DNA of 64,000 nucleotides from Octopus sinensis (GCF_006345805.1 NW_021833885.1:1-64000), one strand, 5' to 3'; counted from the stretch's first letter, positions 50,900 to 63,895 are shown. Program-made: numbers and translations. The notes: a model not told the origin generated them from the letters alone.

Positions 50900-52000
50900 C
50901 TCTGAAAGTGAATAATTTTCCATGTAATATTGGTAGTCTTTATTTCCAAATGTGCTGAGGTAGTGATGTAAGTGTTTTCCAAGTGGTGGACGCAAAATTA
51001 GTTGTTGTGTCGGTATAGACAAGTTTTGAATATGTTCTCTTTGAATATGTTCTATATGAATAAATTGTATCATGACAGTCTCTTTGCAGTGATCAACAGC
51101 AGACAGCACCATGCTGGTGTTCCACCAACCTTTATACCTAGTCCCCATATTCTCGATGTCTTGGTGGAATATTTTTCCTTGCTCATCACTTTTGCCTGAG
51201 AATTTTCAAGGAAGTAGTCCAGATGACGGTGCAGGAAATGCACATTTCCTTTGATATTGTAGCCGAGTGCTCGAAAGTCTGGTTAACAGGGTCTGCACAA
51301 GATCTTCATAATTTGATGGCTTCCTGTTTCTCGTGAAATCAGATAAAACTGCAACAAAAGCATTCTATGCTTCTTTTTCAATGCCAGACATGGTTTCCGA
51401 AAATAGCTCGCCCTGCGATAGTCACCTAATATGTTGCCCATCAAGCACACCAACCTTTTTTTTTCTTACAAGACAAAACTGGAAAGTTTCTGCTTATGCA
51501 TTTGAAGCAGTCACTGTCTCAGTGTTTCAACACATGTTTGCACCCTATATGGGATGCCCAAGCTTTGTCTTCTCACCCAGTTTCATGCTAAAGTAAATAA
51601 AGAAGTAAGGTAAAATTTCTTCATAAAATCTGTGAATTTACTTCACTGCCTTATCCAGAAATAAGCAGAAGACATCGGGACTGTTTTTACATTCTCTTCT
51701 CCCACAACTGACCATATTTCTGAAATACAAATCATGTTGAAGCCAGTTGTCAGCTGGGAAAGCATTTTCAGAATAGTCAACAGTTATAAAGTAAGCAAAT
51801 GCAGATTTGTGATGGCAAAGTTCCATAAAGAGCATACATACCATGAAGTTCTTTTTGCAGTTCTTTGACCATGCGCAACGAAAGGTAACCTTGACCCATG
51901 TGACCTCACAATCAAAACATTAAGGGCACATTCAAAATAACAATTTTCATAAGAGACAGTTAAAAGTTCAACAAAACATGTCTCATCTAGTTTGCAATGT
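50900..52000 (-). mobile_element. Chapaev3-like transposase remnant, C-terminal half, heavily decayed
   Basis: Minus-strand fragments GVLDGQHIR, SNYEDLVQTLL, VHFLHRHLDYF and DIENMGTRYKGWW resemble the recalled GxFxGPQIR / HFLHSHLDxF / EQGERFHQDI motifs. Confidence 0.7.
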
Positions 52001-52887
52001 TAGTCACACTAAATTAAGCAAAGCGTGAGCATATTTGCAGATAAATTCCGCAAACATGAGGCGTATGGTATCAAGCGCCCCCAAAATATGTTGTTTCTTA
52101 ACATCTAATCGTATAAAGGGAATTTCTGTCATCATCATCACATTTGAAACCGGTTAGGTTGAAAGACTGAAGGTTGCTCAAGTTTGATACTTTTTATTTA
52201 CTAAAGATATTTAAATCATAACTTTTGTTTTCATTTTTGTAGTTGTACTTTAAATGACACTGAAAAACTGTTTTCAAAGTTACACTATAGTCCGAGGCTA
52301 TAGTGTAAAGTACTTGTCCAAGGTGCCACGCTGTGGAACTGAATACGGAATCTTGTGGTTTGGAAGCAAGCTTCTTACCACCAAGCCGCGCCTTTGCTTA
52401 CATTTTTGAGAAAAAAAAACATTGTTTTTTAACTTTTTCTATATTTACTTTCGTACTTTTCACACCCAAAGATAACCGGTCTTGTGTCTAGCTCCAAGAA
52501 GCTATTATTTGCACGGACAAAATAGGCCATACACATGAAATATGATGTAGCACCAAGGAAAGAAAACACGTTTCTTTCTCGTGCTGCGATAGCACATTAA
52601 AAATATATTTACAAACAATCTTTTCAAAATAGTACATCTTACGCTTCAGTTAACACATACGCACAATATTTTCCGTTAAGTGAAATGAACTAATGAAATG
52701 AGCTCACGCTTTACACACTTACACTCGAGAAAACTAAATACACAGTGGTTCATTCATTATAATGTTTTTAAGGAAGTATACAAAGCAGTATATATGTGTG
52801 TATTTTTGTATATGAGAGGATATACATAAATACAGACATACATACACACACATGCATATATGTATGTATGCATGTATATGTATGTAT

Positions 52888-52952
<65 letters not shown>

Positions 52953-53301
52953 CATATATAGATATTGAAAATAAGCGCTTTCAAATGCATAGAAAAACAA
53001 TGTACATTCACTAAATAAAAGAAGCATATATATGCTGACTCTAATATTTATAATAATTAATTGACCGTGATTTCGACCTATTAAGGTCAGTGTCCACAAA
53101 TTGCATATATGTATATATATCTTGAAGTATATTTGCCACCTAAATGCGGCTGACCCATATGGGACGATGCTACTGTAGTTTATTGCCCCAGGAAGACATC
53201 TCCTCCAGCTGGCTAACGACACACTGTCTGCGCCCGATCAGTATTTGCGAATAGATGTATGTATGTATATATATATATACACACACGCACACACACATAC
53301 A

Positions 53302-53343
<42 letters not shown>

Positions 53344-53455
53344 TCAAATAAGTTATCATTATCTTTAAAAAAATAATGATAAAGCGGCCAGTTAACATTA
53401 TCCAAATAGACAAAATATATTAAAACAGGTGCATATTATATATATATATATATCA

Positions 53456-53810
53456 CGTGATCACGTGACCGACCAGTTGCTACACATCGCTGGTCACAAT
53501 GCGTTCGCATTGTTTTAGCCTTCGAACGACGCCGCCCCGCTGGCTAAGCGAGCAGGCCAACAGAAGAAAGAGTGGGAGAAAGAGTGGTGAAAGAGTACAG
53601 CAGGGATCACCCCCCCCTACTTTTAGGTGTTTTCGCTCAATAAACACAGAAAAAAAAACACACATCATGTTGAATCTCCCTGGGAATTACGTTATGCGTT
53701 CACGTATCTGTGGAGTGCTCAGCCACTTGCACGTTAATTTCATAAGCAGACTGGTCTGTTGATCAGATCAACTAAAATACACGTGCGTCGTCGTAACCGA
53801 CGGTGTGCCA
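53456..53810. mobile_element. 5'-truncated SINE family E (minus, 53456-53645) abutting a plus-strand old C-type tail (~53665-53810)
   Basis: Homologous to 58851-59157 and to the family C 3' end respectively. Confidence 0.78.
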
Positions 53811-53898
53811 GGATATATATATATTCTACCGCACCCTATAGGTACATATGGCATTTAGGGTTCTGTATTATATCAGTTCTGTGAATTTCATGAGCGTT

Positions 53899-54065
53899 GG
53901 AGTGGCTGTGTGGTAAGTAGCTTGCTTACGAACCACATGGTTCCGAGTTCAGTCCCACTGCGTGGCACCTTGGGTAAGTGTCTTCTACTATAGCCTCGGG
54001 CCGACCAAAGCCTGGTGAGTGGATTTGGTAGACGAAAACTGAAAGAAGCCCGTCGTATATATGTG

Positions 54066-54139
<74 letters not shown>

Positions 54140-54370
54140 TGTGTGTCTGTGTTTGTCCCCCAGCACCAACATCGCTTGACAACCGATGCTGGTGTGTTTA
54201 CATCCTGTAACTTACCGGTTCGGCAAAAAAAAAAGACCGATAAAATAAGTACTAGGCTTACAAAGAATAAGTCCTGGGGTCGATTTGATCGACTAAAGGC
54301 TATGCTCCAGCATGGCCACAGTCACATGACTGAAACAAGTAAAAGTGAGAAAAGAGAGAAAGAAAAAGAG
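53899..54370 (+). mobile_element. SINE family A, full length
   Basis: Matches the family A consensus. Confidence 0.9.
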
Positions 54371-54573
54371 TTTCTTTATTATGTTAACCTTACAATTGAA
54401 GAGTTTCATATTTTTTAACTGAAAACCCCAGATGGTCCGATTACAAGCTGCAGTACATATTGTCCATCGCTGTAGTAAATGTGTCAATCTACACCGCAGG
54501 AATAATACTGAATTTATCGATGTTAAATGGATGAACGGAATAACTGCCCTCAGCGGTATATGAAACTCAAAAG

Positions 54574-54998
54574 GCGGCGAGCTAGCAGAAACGTTAGCAC
54601 GCCGGGCGAAATGCTTACCAGTATTTTGTCTGCTGCTACGTTCTGAGTTCAAATTCCGCCGAGGTCGACTTTGCCTTTCATCCTTTCGGGGTCGATTAAA
54701 TAAGTACCAGTTACGCACTGGGGTCGATGTAATCGACTTAATACCTATGTCTGTCCTTGTTTGTCCCCTCTGTGTTTAGCCCCTTGTGGGTAATAAAGAA
54801 ATAGAAATAGGTATTTCGTCTGCCGCTACGTTCTGAGTTCAAATTCCGCCGAGGTCGACTTTGCCTTTCATCCTTTCGGGGTCGATTAAATAAGTACCAG
54901 TTACGCACTGGGGTCGATATAATTGACTTAATCACTTTGCCTGTCCTTGTTTGTCCTCTCTGTGTTTAGCCCCTTGTGGGTAGTAAAGAAATAGGTAG
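54574..54998 (+). mobile_element. SINE family B dimer within a single TSD
   Basis: 14-bp TSD ATGAAACTCAAAAG at 54560-54573 and 54999-55012. Confidence 0.9.
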
Positions 54999-55377
54999 AT
55001 GAAACTCAAAAGCGCAGAGAAACAGAGAAAATACAACTCATTCTATTCGACATTCTAACACCTCAGCCAATCCGCCTCACACACTCACACGTTTATACAT
55101 GCATGCATATAGACATAGAGACTGTCAAACAAACAATCAACAGACAGACGGTGACACACATACGCACATAAAAATTTTATATTCTATTGTAAGTATTGTT
55201 TTGGGATTCTTCGTTTGCTTAAGATTTTACAGCGAATGATATAATCGTATATAGTTATAATTATATACATATAATGTGTGTCTGTGTTATTTGTGTTCCA
55301 TTGTATTGAGTCTCTTCGTCTGCTTAGACTTTTATAGCATTCAGAATAATTATATATACTTATAATTACATACATAC

Positions 55378-55456
<79 letters not shown>

Positions 55457-56739
55457 GTATATATGTATGTATGTATCTTTGTGAATGTGTGTGTTTGTGT
55501 TTTTGTTTTAATTTGTGTATTAGTAAGTTCGTAAAAGTAAGTTCGTACTTTTACGAGAACATGTGGTTGTTTTTTTTTTGGGGTTTTTTTTTTTTTTGAC
55601 AGGTCGTGAACAGAATGAAAACAAAAGAATAAAAGGATTTTTTTTATTACCTTCGTGCAATATCAAAGGGTCACGAACAAAAAAAATTAAAAGAAAAGAA
55701 ATAAATTAGGAAAACAATTGTATCTCAGTAACCCTCTTTTGTGAGAAATTGTCAAATTTTACACGGAGCTTTACATAATTTACTGCCGTTCTTTTAAATA
55801 TGTCGGTTTCTTAGCCACGTGTTTCAACATCCACGTGATAAATTAGTCACTTGGTGGAGATTCTGATGAAAATGTTCTAATATTCCTCGTGTTGATACGT
55901 ATTCAATGGCAGTAGCATTAATTTCTGTATGTATCCCAAGGGCAGTCTTTTCTACGGATGGCATTATACATTGATTTAGCCTATAACACATATACATGAG
56001 AGTCCAGCTTGTATTTATTCGTACAAGGAGAGTAAGACCAAGCAATTTGGCGGTGATCTTAAAAGAAATAGATATATCTTCTCTCCATCACCAGTTTATT
56101 TCCTTTAGCGACACCAGTGATCTGTAAGATTCTTTATCTCTGCAAAGCTTCATTTCTCTCTCTATCTCCCATCACCATTCTATCTTACCTTTCTTTGTCT
56201 GCCAATTTCGTCTTTCAACCTTTTTTTTTTTCTTTCTTCTTCACAGCATTCATTCATTGAAAGCTGATTTTGTTGTATCCATTTCTGAACACTTTTCTCT
56301 CTGCTAGAGGCATTTTCTGAAGAAGCTTTTTGTTAACTTGAAAATCAGAAATGTTCGATTTCTCATGGACGCGCCAGAACCAATAATAAACGTATTATTA
56401 ATAAATTCCCGTTACACACACACACACACAAACAGAAACATACATACACACATACAAATATACATACATACATGCAATTGAAAAATTACATATATACATA
56501 TATGCATGCATGAATACATACATGCTCACACACACACATGTATGTATGTATATATGTACGTATGTATGTATGTATGTATGTATGTATGTATGTATGCATG
56601 CATGTATGTATGTATGTATGTATGCATGCATGTATGTATGTATGTATGTATGTATGTATGTATGTATGTATGTATGTATGTATGTATGTATTATGTAAAG
56701 TTAATCCAAACATGAAAGCACAAAAAAACACAACAACGC

Positions 56740-56910
56740 GAGGACGTGGAACAAATATAGTATTATTGGACGCTCAGGAAAGAAGGAAAGAAGGAGGGTT
56801 CAACGTTTCGAGCGGAGCTCTTCGTCGGAAACATAGGAGAAGGAAAGATCCAGAGAAGGGAAGACTGAGGAACAAAATCGCCAACGGCACACACGCGGTC
56901 ACATTTTGAA
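56740..56910 (-). mobile_element. J-related short repeat with hammerhead-like motif at 56798-56832
   Basis: GUUU-CCGACGA-A-GAGC-UCC-GCUC-GAAA-CG-UU-GAAC. Shares the GCTCAGGAA block with family J. Confidence 0.6.
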
Positions 56911-57904
56911 TTGCGTATTATAATACATGTATTATGTATGTATGTTTTTTATCAAACACATTTCCTTTATATAGTATAATACCTGTGTTACTTATATTTT
57001 TTTTTTCATTTATTATATTATACTTTTTATAAATCTCAAAATACGTCAATGTAGAAAAGAGAATAAAGCGTTCCAAACAATGACAACTTTTACTTTTTTC
57101 TCTCTCTTACAAAGCCAGAAACCGCAAAGTACGTCAATCGACCAACCGACATATGACTCAATATCTGTTCATGTTTCCTTTCTCCGGGTATGACAAAACT
57201 CGCGTATGTGAAAATAATTCCAACTGGAAATAAAAACTGGTTTTCGTTAACTAAGTTTTCAGCACACCTTCTACGAGATCAAATACTCTCTCTTTCGATG
57301 GAAAATTATTAAAGATTTCCAACATACACACACACAAAAAAGAAATGATTTTTCGTGAAGTCGTACTACAGCAAGAAGTGAAATGCGCGAGACGGTTTCT
57401 AAACCACTTTTCTCTACCAAAAACTGATAATTATCTTAATAACTGCATTAGCACCTTAAAATATCTTCTTACACATTATAAATACAAGCCTGGTATCTAA
57501 ATTAGAATTAACATGTGTGTACGTCATAAAATTGTCCAGAGACTACCAGAAAATGCGAATTCACAATCATCTGACCAGTTACCTAAACACTTAAACAAAA
57601 TGGTCAGCCATAGTTCTCTTCTCATCAGCACATATAGAAACCTATGCACATACATAATCACACACACACACATACAAATACACACACGTACACGCACACA
57701 CACGCACGCACGCGCATACATACATACATACATACATACATACATACATGCATACATACATACATACATACATACATACATACATACATACATACATACA
57801 CACACACATAAATACATACATACATACATACATACATACATACATACATACATACATACATACATACATGCATACTACATACATACATACATACATACAT
57901 ACAT

Positions 57905-58595
57905 ACAAGGTGTTTGCAGTGCCAGTACTCATACCAACATTTGGGCTACTTGATTGGACGCTTTATGAGGTCCGAGCCTTTGATATGAAATCGCAGAAGA
58001 TTCTAACCAGCACACATAATTTCTATACCAACAGCGACGTAGATTGTCTCTACCTAAAACGAAAACAAGGAGGCATAGACTCAGCATCGATCCAAACTCC
58101 CTTTGAATGTCGTATCATATCCGTTCGGCAACATCTTTTTACCAACACGTATCGAAGTGCATCCTTGACCAAGTTTGCATATATAAGACCTGGAAAGCAG
58201 CTCCTTGAGTAGCATTCCTTGCCTGATAACCTTAAATACACGCCCAAAGAAATCGCATGACTTTACTGCAACGAATCATCATATGAAAGGATGAGCGTAT
58301 ATCAGCAGAAGACTATGCCTGGATATGTTAGTGGAAACCTTCGGGATCGTAATAACATTAATCTTCAAAGTAGTCTCTTAGACCAACAACCGGTTTACTA
58401 ACTCCCTCTTTGGAGGTATGCGTTTGCAATCCAGGAACAGGAAATAATCAACCAAATATCTGATGTACAAAAGGGATGCAGAAAAAGCCGTAAAATGTGA
58501 CAACCGATACAGACTTTATGGGTTTCATACTGAATATATCACCCACATCATAAGCAGTTGTCTGAAAATGTCATCACAGTATTATCTACCGATTC
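57905..58595 (+). mobile_element. R4/Dong-like non-LTR retrotransposon fragment (post-RT region to zinc knuckle), decayed
   Basis: VFAVPVLIPTFGLLDWT...SDVDCLYLKRKQGG and later FAIQEQEISTKY...HIISSC, matching recalled R4-clade motifs. Confidence 0.7.
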
Positions 58596-58787
58596 AGCGT
58601 GACAGAATGTGACAAGGCTGGCTCTTAAAATTAATTACAAGTACAATTCATTTTTTGCTGGATGTGTGGACTGAAGTAACATGATATAAAGTGTCTTCCT
58701 CAAGGACACAACACGCCGTCTGGGATCGAACTCACGACGTTACGACCATGAGCCTAATACTGTAACCACTTAGCCAGGTGTCTTCAC
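58595..58787 (-). mobile_element. Old CORE-like tRNA SINE fragment
   Basis: tRNA-like head on the minus strand (GGCTAAGTGGTTA...GAGTTCGATCCC). Related to 3805-4120. Confidence 0.6.
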
Positions 58788-58850
58788 AGAAGAAAACACG
58801 CGCGCGCGCACACCACACACACACACACACACACACCACATACATACATA

Positions 58851-59157
58851 TATCACATGATCACATGACAGACCAGACCATCAGATGTTGCTACACATCG
58901 CTGGTCACAATGCGTTCGCATTGTTTTAGCCTTCGAATGACGCCACCCCGCTGGCTAAGCGAGCAGGCCAACAGAAGAAAGAGTGAAAGAAAGAGTGGTG
59001 AAAGAGTACAGCAGGGATCACCACCCCCTGCCGGAGGCTCGTGGAGCTTTAAGGTGTTTTCGCTCAATAAACACACACAACGCCCGGTCTGGGAATCGAA
59101 ACCGTGATCCTACGACCGCGAGTTCGCTGCCCTAACCACTAGGCCATTGCGCCTCCA
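58851..59157 (-). mobile_element. SINE family E (C-type head, distinct tail), full length
   Basis: First ~165 nt match family C. The tail GGCCTGCTCGCTTAGCCAGCGG...CATGTGATCATGTGA is different. Confidence 0.88.
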
Positions 59158-60106
59158 CACATACATATATACATACACAAAAATATAGACATTCATAAAA
59201 CACACGGAGACATACATACACACAAAAAGACAGTCAAAAATTTTAATATTCGTTTGTATATCTGTAGTTCACTATCTTGATTTATTGAATAATAAATACA
59301 ATCAGTTCTCTGTTGTTGTTATCGTGAAATCAAGCTGTTCGCCTTAGTTAACTATTCGTTTCATCATACGAACAGATATGTGTTTGAAGCAATATGAAAG
59401 CGAGACTCTTTAATAACAGAAAGGAACTAACTTCAAAATCGCTTACATCATGGACAAAAACGACATGTTAAATCATAAAACATGGGATGATTTTCGACAT
59501 AATAATTTAGTAATTCTTGGTTTGGAGTGCTGTAAATAGATTAAAATAAAATAAAGATGAACCGTGTGAAAGAAAATAGATTAATAGAAGATGGAAATAA
59601 ACTGTCTTACACACAGAATTGAAATTGAAAAAGATGGTAAAATAAAATACATAGAAATATAAAAACAATGAAAGAGAATGGAAAATGGATGCTGGTAATT
59701 GAATTCTAATTGAAAAATAAGCAAATAACAACTAAATGAAGCAGACAAGAGAGAAATTATTCTGCTAAACTTGACACTTGTCAAAACAAATTTTGTTGAA
59801 AGATCTCCAAAACCAGCCAGTTTCTCATTTACAGAGACATTGGTACATCTCTCTCTCTCTCTCTTTCTCTCTCCCCCACTCTCACTCACTCACTTACTCA
59901 CTCACTCACTCACTCACTCACTCACTCATTCACTCACTCATTCGCTCACTCATTCTCCTCTCTCTCCTCTGAATTTACGCACGCACACATATGTATGTTT
60001 ACGCAATTGGCTGATTAACTGAATGGCTATAGGTGCTTGTTATATGCATACATACATACACACACGCAAATGCATATATACATATATATGGATATGTGTG
60101 TGAATG

Positions 60107-60170
<64 letters not shown>

Positions 60171-60409
60171 GCGCGCGCACATGCACGCATTTATACTCAC
60201 AGGAAGAAAGAAAAAGGGAGGACGAAAGAAAACGCATGTGTAAGTATGCATCATGTGTGTGTGTACACATGAATGAATGAAAGTGGGAGAGAAGGGAGGG
60301 TGAGAAGGGAGAGAGGGAAGGAGAAACCCCTTTTTGCGTGTGAGACTAATGCAATGACTTTCTACCAAAATATTAATCGACTGCAACATTATTAAATGAT
60401 TGTAGCATA

Positions 60410-60680
60410 GGCGCAGGAGTGACTGTGTGGTAAGTAGCTTGCTTACCAACCACATGGTTCCGGGTTCAGTCCCACTGCGTGGCACCTTGGGCGAGTTTCT
60501 TCTACTACAGCCTCGGGCCGACCAAAGCCTTGTGAGTGGGGATTTGGTAGACGGAAACTGAAAGAAGCCCATCGTATATATGTACATATATATATGTGTG
60601 TGTATATGTTTGTGTGTCTGTGTTTGTCCCCCAACGTCGCTTGACGACCGATGGTGGTGTGTTTACGTCTCCGTAACCTA
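60410..60680 (+). mobile_element. SINE family A, 3'-incomplete
   Basis: Matches the 5' two-thirds of family A. Confidence 0.88.
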
Positions 60681-60885
60681 GATATTCCGTTGGGTCAAGT
60701 GTTGGACAGCTATGTAGGTGCATAAAACAATTAGGAAATGCATGGTACGTGCCACTAAATCATACTCGCTTGCAAGTGACGGCTACAGTTTAGCGTTTTA
60801 TCTATGCCTCATCCAAAATATTTATAATTATAATTAAACGTTGAAATGTTTTATGAGTTAGATAGATAGATCTATAGATAGATCT

Positions 60886-60953
<68 letters not shown>

Positions 60954-60989
60954 CGTGACATACACAGATACACACGCACACATACATTT

Positions 60990-61260
60990 CTTTCTCTTTT
61001 TACTTGTTTCAGTCATTTTGACTGCGGCCATGCTGGTGCACCGCCTTAATCGAGCAACTCGACCCCGGAATTTATTCTTTGGTAAGCCCAGTACTTATTC
61101 TATCGGTCTCTTTTGCCGAACCGCTTAGTGACGGAGACATAAACACACCAGCATTGGTTGTCAAGCAATGCTAGGGGGACAAACACGACCACAAACATAC
61201 ACGCACACACACACCACACACCACACAACACACACACACCCACCACACCACACACACCCC

Positions 61261-61324
<64 letters not shown>

Positions 61325-61500
61325 TATATACGACGGCTTCTTTCAGTTTCCGTCTACTAAATCCACTCACAAGGCTTTGGTCGGCCCGAGGCTATAGCAG
61401 AAGACACTTGCCCAAGGTGCCACGCATGCCACGCAGTGGGACTTAACCCGGAACCATGTGGTTGGTAAACAAGCTACTTACCACGCAGCCACTCCTGCAC
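60990..61500 (-). mobile_element. SINE family A, full length with expanded internal microsatellite
   Basis: Matches the family A consensus. Confidence 0.9.
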
Positions 61501-61789
61501 CTACATATAAAATTATTTCAACTCTTTCAAATCGTGCTGCGCTGTGCAATATGCTGTTTAATAAGAAGCCAACAAAAGAACAACTATGCAAATAAAGATA
61601 ACCGTGATAGTCTAATTTATGATTGCTCTGTATAATAGATAAGCATTGTATACTGAAGAAAGACACCGAGGACGTCTCTGTTCAAGGGTGGTGAACAAGC
61701 TGTGAAACAGTCCGTCAGAGGGCTTCCTCTTTTTCCTTGAACGTAGTATCATATTCCCTTTCGTTTATTAACTATGATGACAGCATATA

Positions 61790-61985
61790 TAACGGGAAAG
61801 TTTACGAAAATAAACAAAAGACGAAGGCAGGTGGAGTACAAACAAACAAATGTATTAGTATAGCGCTCAGGAATAGAAATAGAAAAAAGTCTTTTATGTT
61901 TCGAGCCTACGCTCTTCAACAGAAAGATACACAGAAAAAAAACAAGGAGAGAAACAAGGAGAGAAAAAATGAGTGTAGGAGCATA
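61790..61985 (-). mobile_element. Short repeat family J with hammerhead-like motif at 61890-61927 (stem III palindrome broken)
   Basis: UCUUU-CUGUUGA-A-GAGC-GUAG-GCUC-GAAA-CA-UA-AAAGA. Confidence 0.68.
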
Positions 61986-62693
61986 TATACATACATACAC
62001 ATATATGTGAGAGAGAGAGAGAGGGGGGGAGAAACAAAGAGGAGCGATAGAGAGAGAGAGATAAACAGAGAGGAGCGATAGAGAGAGAAAATTATGTGTA
62101 CTAATTACACTATTTAACGTTAGCATATGTTCAAATGTCTTTTCTTATTAGCTTTATATATCTTGTTATTGCATTAACTATTTATCCACATGATTATTTT
62201 AACAGCTCATTCCATAAGATAACCATCAATTCTATTTCTAACGTTGATATCAGTGACTACAACAAACTAGCAAAGTTTTTGCGCAGCAAACTGTACATAA
62301 TCGTGGTCATATCTCAACTATTTCAGTACCACACCGTTCTCTACTGTACAAAAACACTTAGGTTTCTCTGTAAGGTCGTTTTACGCGACCATAATATTCA
62401 ACCGCATTCGACTATCATTCTGGATATATATATATATTAATTGATTTGAAGACTTTATATTATTGGAAAACCTATATAAAATTAGCTGAAGATTACTCGG
62501 CATCTTAAATCTGGTGTAATATTTACAGCTTTTAATAAAAGGTTGTAGTATGAAACAATTGTACTAAATTACCGGATCCATTCTTGTTGCTTATTTTTTA
62601 TTATAATCACCCCGCATTTTTATGGGTAACACCTAAAAAAATTCTGGGTGCATCTAAATTAAGTGCCATATTCATTTGAATCTAAATTGTTGG

Positions 62694-62749
<56 letters not shown>

Positions 62750-62875
62750 GTACTGATCCATGATAGAAAATTGAAATAAAAAAGTACACCATCTGGTGAG
62801 AGATAAATAGTATTTATTTAAAGGTCTCAATACATGTATTAAAACTCTACTAATAGTTTCATACGTTGAGAAAAC

Positions 62876-62943
62876 TCTTCAGGCACAAACCACATATCAT
62901 AACGTCATGAAGTTCGTTATGATATACGGTTTGCGCCTGAAGA
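62876..62943. other. 68-nt hairpin, 29-bp arms, 10-nt loop
   Basis: TCTTCAGGCACAAACCACATATCATAACG / CGTTATGATATACGGTTTGCGCCTGAAGA. Three A-C mismatches on the plus strand. Confidence 0.85.
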
Positions 62944-63590
62944 ATATGTTTGCGTTAAGGATACAAGGAACAGATGATGAAATGTTGGTAGTGATCCAAG
63001 AATTTTTATGGATTCTTGAAGGATTTTTCATTTGTTATATTTACTTTACATGAAGTATTAGTTACATTCTTTGATTATCTCCCTTGAAAACACGTCCATC
63101 GTTTCCCCTTAACCTATGGTAGCGTTGCTGTTTCCAAAGTTTATTTTCGTTTCTCTATTAGTAATTTTACTCGTGTATCTATCTCAAAATGCGCCACAAA
63201 CCATACTAGATTTCACTATTTTCTTTTACACACACATATGCGCGTGCACACACACACATGTAAGTGTATGTGTTTTTTCTTTGAGTTTTATTTAAGTTCT
63301 TAAGACAGTTCAAGACATTCACTAACAAAGCAATACATTTTAAACTAAGAGAGTTTTCTGTGTTTATAAATATGTGGTTGAGTTGGTGTGTTGATTGAGC
63401 TGTCGATGCACGCAGCCAAGTGCATGCATCTATTCATGTAAAGAATCGCAGATGGTGAATTTTTGGAATATCTTACAAATCTTCACTCTACCCCTAATAG
63501 ATTGGATTTGAAGAATTTGCGCTTGCTTCTTTTGCACTTTCTTCGAAAAAGCTATGATGTACGTATGAATGTATGTTTTTATTTATTTAT

Positions 63591-63895
63591 GCGCCCTTTT
63601 CAAGCCTAGCCAGGCTCATGGGCCCGGTTTCCCGGTTTCTATGGCATGTGTTTCCACCCCCCTGCTGGACGGGACGCCAGTCCATCGCAGCGTTGCTCAA
63701 GAAATAGGAAGAAAGAGTAAAAGAAAGCTGGGGCGAAAGAGTACAACAGAGGTCGCCACCACCCCCTGTCGGAACCTCGTGGAACTTTTAGGTGTTTTCG
63801 CTCAATAAACACACACAACGCCCGGTCTAGGAATCGAAACCACGATCCTTCGACCGCGAGTCCGTTGCCCTAACCACTGGGCCATTGCGCCTCCA
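63591..63895 (-). mobile_element. SINE family D (C-type head, V-domain-like tail), full length
   Basis: Head matches family C. The tail contains GCTGCGATGGACTGGCGTCCCGTCCAG, resembling the V-SINE central motif as I recall it. Confidence 0.85.

Noticed and set aside
56311-56353. CTGAAGA...GAAAATC hammerhead-like spacing
   Set aside because: Stem II is poorly paired, stem III cannot form and stem I is out of register. At most a relic.
1610-62440. Many ORF-track entries rich in IY, HT, MYVC, YLSI and similar runs
   Set aside because: They are translations of (TA)n, (CA)n, (TATG)n and (TCTA)n microsatellites that lack stop codons, not genes.
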